Shown piece by piece: positions 60,343-64,000 of a DNA stretch of 64,000 nt. Source of the stretch: an uncultured Gammaproteobacteria bacterium (GTDB taxonomy: Bacteria; Patescibacteriota; Microgenomatia; Levybacterales; GWA1-39-11); contig CAZQSX010000001.1 of assembly GCA_964596415.1 (NCBI GenBank), forward strand, positions 37,508 through 101,507, in the 5' to 3' direction. A program made the translations under genes and the position numbers. A model generated the notes under the pieces. That model had not been told where the DNA came from. It ran no database searches and saw nothing but the letters and a program-made list of their open reading frames with translations. The stretch's first letter is position 1. Each line of letters starts with the position of its first letter.

Positions 60343-62731
60343 ATATTTATTTTTATACTATCAGATTAACAACACGCTTCTTGCGCGAGTGATTCGCTTA
60401 TTTTTCTTAGTGGGTGGGTTTATTGGAGTATTTTTTATAAGCACAAATACAGAAGTTTTTAAAATTGTGCTAATCTTCTACTCTTATTTTATTCTTCATG
60501 AAATTTTTATTCACTTTCATGTAGATAAAGCATTTCCGTATATAAAAGTCATTGATAATCCGCAGCAGATTTTAGATACAGTTCTTTTTAAAACAAGAAA
60601 AAAATATGTATCTGGAAAAGATGGACTGAAAGTTATTCAAAAAATTATGCATGATAAGGATGTTGAATTTATGATACAAAAAATAGGCGGTTTTAAGATA
60701 GATAATTTTTCTATTCCAAAAGATGAAATCTTAAAGAAAGCATTCGAATTAGTTTTAGAGATAAAAGGTGCTTATATTACTTCTGCAGATATGTTTACCG
60801 CTTATCTTTTACTTACTGAACTTCAGACGAAAATATTGCAAGAAAAAGAGTTGACGGAAAAAGATTTACTGGAAATATTAATATGGACACGTCAAGAATT
60901 TCATCTTGAACAGCCCAGAAAACAGGTTTTGCATTTTACCGGGTATGGGGTTTTTGATTTCTTTATCTACGGTTGGGATACATATATAAAGGAGTTTGCA
61001 TATGACATTACGTATTCTGTCTTAGGTAAGAAAGCATACCCAATTGTTGGTCGAGAAAAAGAATTTAATGAACTGACTGAAATCCTTTCAAAATCAACAG
61101 TAAATAACGCATTACTGGTGGGTGAGACGGGTGTTGGAAAAACATCACTTGTTTATAGGCTCGCTCTTGAATCATATCGTGATCCACGTTTTATTTTGGG
61201 ACATCGAAAAGTATATGAGGTAATGGTAGATAGATTACTTTCTGGTGTAAATTCATCAAGCGATTTAGAATCTCGGCTTGGATTGTTATTCGCTGAGGTT
61301 AATCATTCTGGAAATATTATTTTGTTTTTTCAAAATATTGAAAATATTTTTGGTGGAGGAGGTTTTGGGTTTGACATGTCTGGAATTCTATTTGAGTATT
61401 TAAAAAACGGAAGCATTCAAATTATCGGAAGTACTACGCCTGGATCCTACAAGGAAATTATAGAAAAAAAACAAAGCATTTTGCATTTATTTGAAAGAGT
61501 TTCTATTCAAGAACCAGAAAGAGAGCAAGTGTTTGAGATGATTGCGTCACATATTCCGGTAATAGAACACGAGTATGGAGTTTCTATTTCATACAAAGCA
61601 ATTCACGATGCTACAGAACTTGCATCTTCATATTTTCCAGATCAGGTATTGCCAGGAAAGGCGATAAACCTATTAACAGATGTTGCGGCAAAAGTAAGAC
61701 ATAGTGGTGGAAAAACTGTTGATAAAGATGATGTGGTAGCGGTAGTTCAGGAAAAAACAAATATTGTATTAGAGAAGCCATCAGATGAGGAGAAGGATAC
61801 ACTGCTTCATTTAGAGGAGCAAATGCATAAGCGTGTTATCGGACAAGAAGATGCGATAACAGCAGTTGCCAAAGCGATTCGACGACTCAGGTCTGGTTTC
61901 ACACAGCATACACGTCCTATTTCTGTATTTCTCTTTTTAGGTCCAACTGGAGTTGGAAAAACAGAAACTGCAAAGACGCTTGCCGATCTTTATTTTGGAG
62001 ATGAAGCTCATATGATTCGACTTGATATGTCTGAATACCAAACCCAGAATGAGGTAGAAAGGTTATTGGGAGGTTTGCCTGGGGGTGAAGAAATTTCTGG
62101 TTCACTACCTGATCAGGTTCATGAACATCCCTTCTCTTTGATTTTACTTGATGAATTTGAGAAGGCACATCCGCATATATTAGACATATTCTTACAAGTT
62201 TTTGAAGATGGAAGACTTACTGATAATCAAGGGAAAACTGTTTCATTTAAAAATACTATTATTATTGCTACTTCAAATGCAGGATCTGAAACAATTCGCG
62301 AGATGGTTGGAGGAGGGATGGATATAAGCACTGAGAAGAATAAAATTATAGATGGGCTGCTACAATCTGGAATTTTTAAACCAGAACTTTTAAATCGTTT
62401 TGACGATGTAATAATTTTTCAGCCGTTAACAGTAGAGGATGCAAAGCAAATTGCTGAATTATTAATAAAAACTTCTCTTCAGGCATTAGAAAGTGACCAG
62501 ATATATCTTACGTTTGATGAAAAAGTGATAAATAAGGTAGTTACTGAATCATTTGATGTGGAGGCAGGAGCTCGGAATATGAGAAGGTATATTGGAGCAG
62601 AGATTGAAGATTTCATTTCTCAGCTTATCTTAAAAGACCAGCTTCCTGCAGGGGTGCACGCGATGCTTTCAACTGATGATAACAATAAATTTATTTTAAT
62701 AAATGAAAAAGAGGTTGTAGCAGAAGCATAA
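60335..62731 (+). CDS. membrane-anchored Clp/Hsp100-type ATPase with a degenerate first nucleotide-binding domain
   Basis: Two N-terminal TMs; GETGVGKT with Walker B LFFQNIE; GPTGVGKT and LLDEFEKAHP. Confidence 0.88.
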   Translation: MSRYLFLYYQINNTLLARVIRLFFLVGGFIGVFFISTNTEVFKIVLIFYSYFILHEIFIHFHVDKAFPYIKVIDNPQQILDTVLFKTRKKYVSGKDGLKVIQKIMHDKDVEFMIQKIGGFKIDNFSIPKDEILKKAFELVLEIKGAYITSADMFTAYLLLTELQTKILQEKELTEKDLLEILIWTRQEFHLEQPRKQVLHFTGYGVFDFFIYGWDTYIKEFAYDITYSVLGKKAYPIVGREKEFNELTEILSKSTVNNALLVGETGVGKTSLVYRLALESYRDPRFILGHRKVYEVMVDRLLSGVNSSSDLESRLGLLFAEVNHSGNIILFFQNIENIFGGGGFGFDMSGILFEYLKNGSIQIIGSTTPGSYKEIIEKKQSILHLFERVSIQEPEREQVFEMIASHIPVIEHEYGVSISYKAIHDATELASSYFPDQVLPGKAINLLTDVAAKVRHSGGKTVDKDDVVAVVQEKTNIVLEKPSDEEKDTLLHLEEQMHKRVIGQEDAITAVAKAIRRLRSGFTQHTRPISVFLFLGPTGVGKTETAKTLADLYFGDEAHMIRLDMSEYQTQNEVERLLGGLPGGEEISGSLPDQVHEHPFSLILLDEFEKAHPHILDIFLQVFEDGRLTDNQGKTVSFKNTIIIATSNAGSETIREMVGGGMDISTEKNKIIDGLLQSGIFKPELLNRFDDVIIFQPLTVEDAKQIAELLIKTSLQALESDQIYLTFDEKVINKVVTESFDVEAGARNMRRYIGAEIEDFISQLILKDQLPAGVHAMLSTDDNNKFILINEKEVVAEA

Positions 62732-62780
62732 ATATTTTTGTATGATAAGAAGTGTGTAAAGTATTTTAGTATTTAAGATT

Positions 62781-63794
62781 ATGAAAATTGCATGTTTTGA
62801 AGTTGAAAAGTGGGAAGAGGATTATTTAAAAGAAGGTTTACCCCAAGACGTAACGCTTCTTTCCTTTGATCATCCTATAAAAAAAGAAAACATTGAGGAA
62901 ATAAAAGACGTGGAAGGACTTATTGTGTTTATTTACTCCGGCATAACAAAGGACATAATTGATTTACTTCCAAATCTTAAGTTTATCGCTACGATGTCAA
63001 CAGGTTTTGATCATATTGATTTGGAGGCATGTAAGAGTAGAAATATTATTGTATCTAATGTTTCAGGATATGGGGAAACTACAGTAGCTGAGCATACATT
63101 TGCGTTACTACTTGCAATTTCAAGAAGAATTATTGAATCATATGAACGAGTGAGGGAGGGATATTTTTCCCCAGAAGATTTAACAGGATTTGATCTTTAT
63201 GGAAAAACACTTGGAGTTGTCGGGATTGGTAGCATCGGAAAACATGTTATTAAAATAGCAAAAGGATTTGGAATGAATGTGATTGGGTATAAGCGCTCAC
63301 CAGATCCAGAGCTTGAAAAGGAATTGGGATTTAAAATTGTTGACATGGATACGCTTTTGAAAACTTCAGATGTAATTTCATTACATGTTCCATATAATCC
63401 TGAGACGCATCACATTATTAACGTAGAAGCTTTTGAAAAAATGAAGCAAGGAGTAGTAATACTTAATACCGCACGTGGTCCACTTATTGATACGAGTGCT
63501 TTATTAAAATATGTTGAAAATGGGAAGGTCGGTGGTGTGGGCCTAGACGTATGTGAAAATGAGCCACTTCTTCGAGAGGAAAAACAAATTCTATCAAAAG
63601 AATTCAACAAGGAAGATTTGCTTTGTTTACTTGAAGAAAAAATGCTGATACTTCATAAAAATGTTATTCTTACACCGCATAATGCTTTTAATAGTCATGA
63701 GGCTTTGACTAAAATTCTTAAAACAACGGTTGAAAATGTACGTGGTTTTATTGGAAATATTCCCCTGAATGTTGTTAGTCAACAAGCGAGTTAA
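62781..63794 (+). CDS. D-lactate / D-2-hydroxyacid dehydrogenase
   Basis: STGFDHID, GIGSIG, LNTARG and TPHNAF motifs. Confidence 0.9.
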   Translation: MKIACFEVEKWEEDYLKEGLPQDVTLLSFDHPIKKENIEEIKDVEGLIVFIYSGITKDIIDLLPNLKFIATMSTGFDHIDLEACKSRNIIVSNVSGYGETTVAEHTFALLLAISRRIIESYERVREGYFSPEDLTGFDLYGKTLGVVGIGSIGKHVIKIAKGFGMNVIGYKRSPDPELEKELGFKIVDMDTLLKTSDVISLHVPYNPETHHIINVEAFEKMKQGVVILNTARGPLIDTSALLKYVENGKVGGVGLDVCENEPLLREEKQILSKEFNKEDLLCLLEEKMLILHKNVILTPHNAFNSHEALTKILKTTVENVRGFIGNIPLNVVSQQAS

Positions 63795-64000
63795 GAAAAG
63801 AGCTCACAAGTGAGAGTACTATTGCAAAAAGAAGTGCCCACCAAAAATTGTCTACGATAAAACCTGGAATAACAGCTGATGCTAGAAGAATAAGTAATGC
63901 GTTGATAACAAGAGCAAAAAGTCCAAAGGTGAGAATTGTAATTGGTAAAGTAAGAAGAAGTAAGATGGGTTTAATAAACGTGTTTAGTACGCCAAGCACA
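63775..64000 (-). CDS. YvlD / holin-4 family membrane protein (5' end outside the window)
   Basis: LNTFIKPIL.LLTLPITILTFGLF.LVINA motif. Confidence 0.85.
   Translation of the reverse strand, partial: VLGVLNTFIKPILLLLTLPITILTFGLFALVINALLILLASAVIPGFIVDNFWWALLFAIVLSLVSSFLNSLVD

Noticed and set aside
63775-64000. Prophage suggested by a holin-family gene
   Set aside because: This membrane protein family is common on chromosomes and no phage genes are nearby.

Overview
AT-rich, gene-dense bacterial chromosome segment in standard genetic code (TGA is used as a stop). Gene content and style point to a Patescibacteria/CPR genome, most likely Microgenomates (inference). From left to right it carries: two tRNA-Ser genes; a Kelch/C39 secreted protein; NiSOD (sodN-sodX); cell-envelope genes (FemAB, LCP, GT-C, murJ, WecA, UbiA); pilN/pilO; LPXTG-like surface proteins; a dispersed HrcA/CIRCE heat-shock regulon (groESL, hsp20, hrcA-grpE-dnaK, dnaJ); a de novo pyrimidine cluster whose enzymes carry CAD-like motifs; and a pilin / VirB6-like / Clp ATPase / subtilase / DnaJ / membrane-anchored degenerate Clp locus. 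The most notable observations are that last locus, several families of small palindromic elements inserted in-frame in housekeeping genes, 5'-end duplications in front of both tRNAs, a structured hsp20 leader that separates the SD from the start codon, and many apparently leaderless genes. No CRISPR array, rRNA, transposase or prophage was seen. All protein calls come from motif recognition by eye; no database searches were run.
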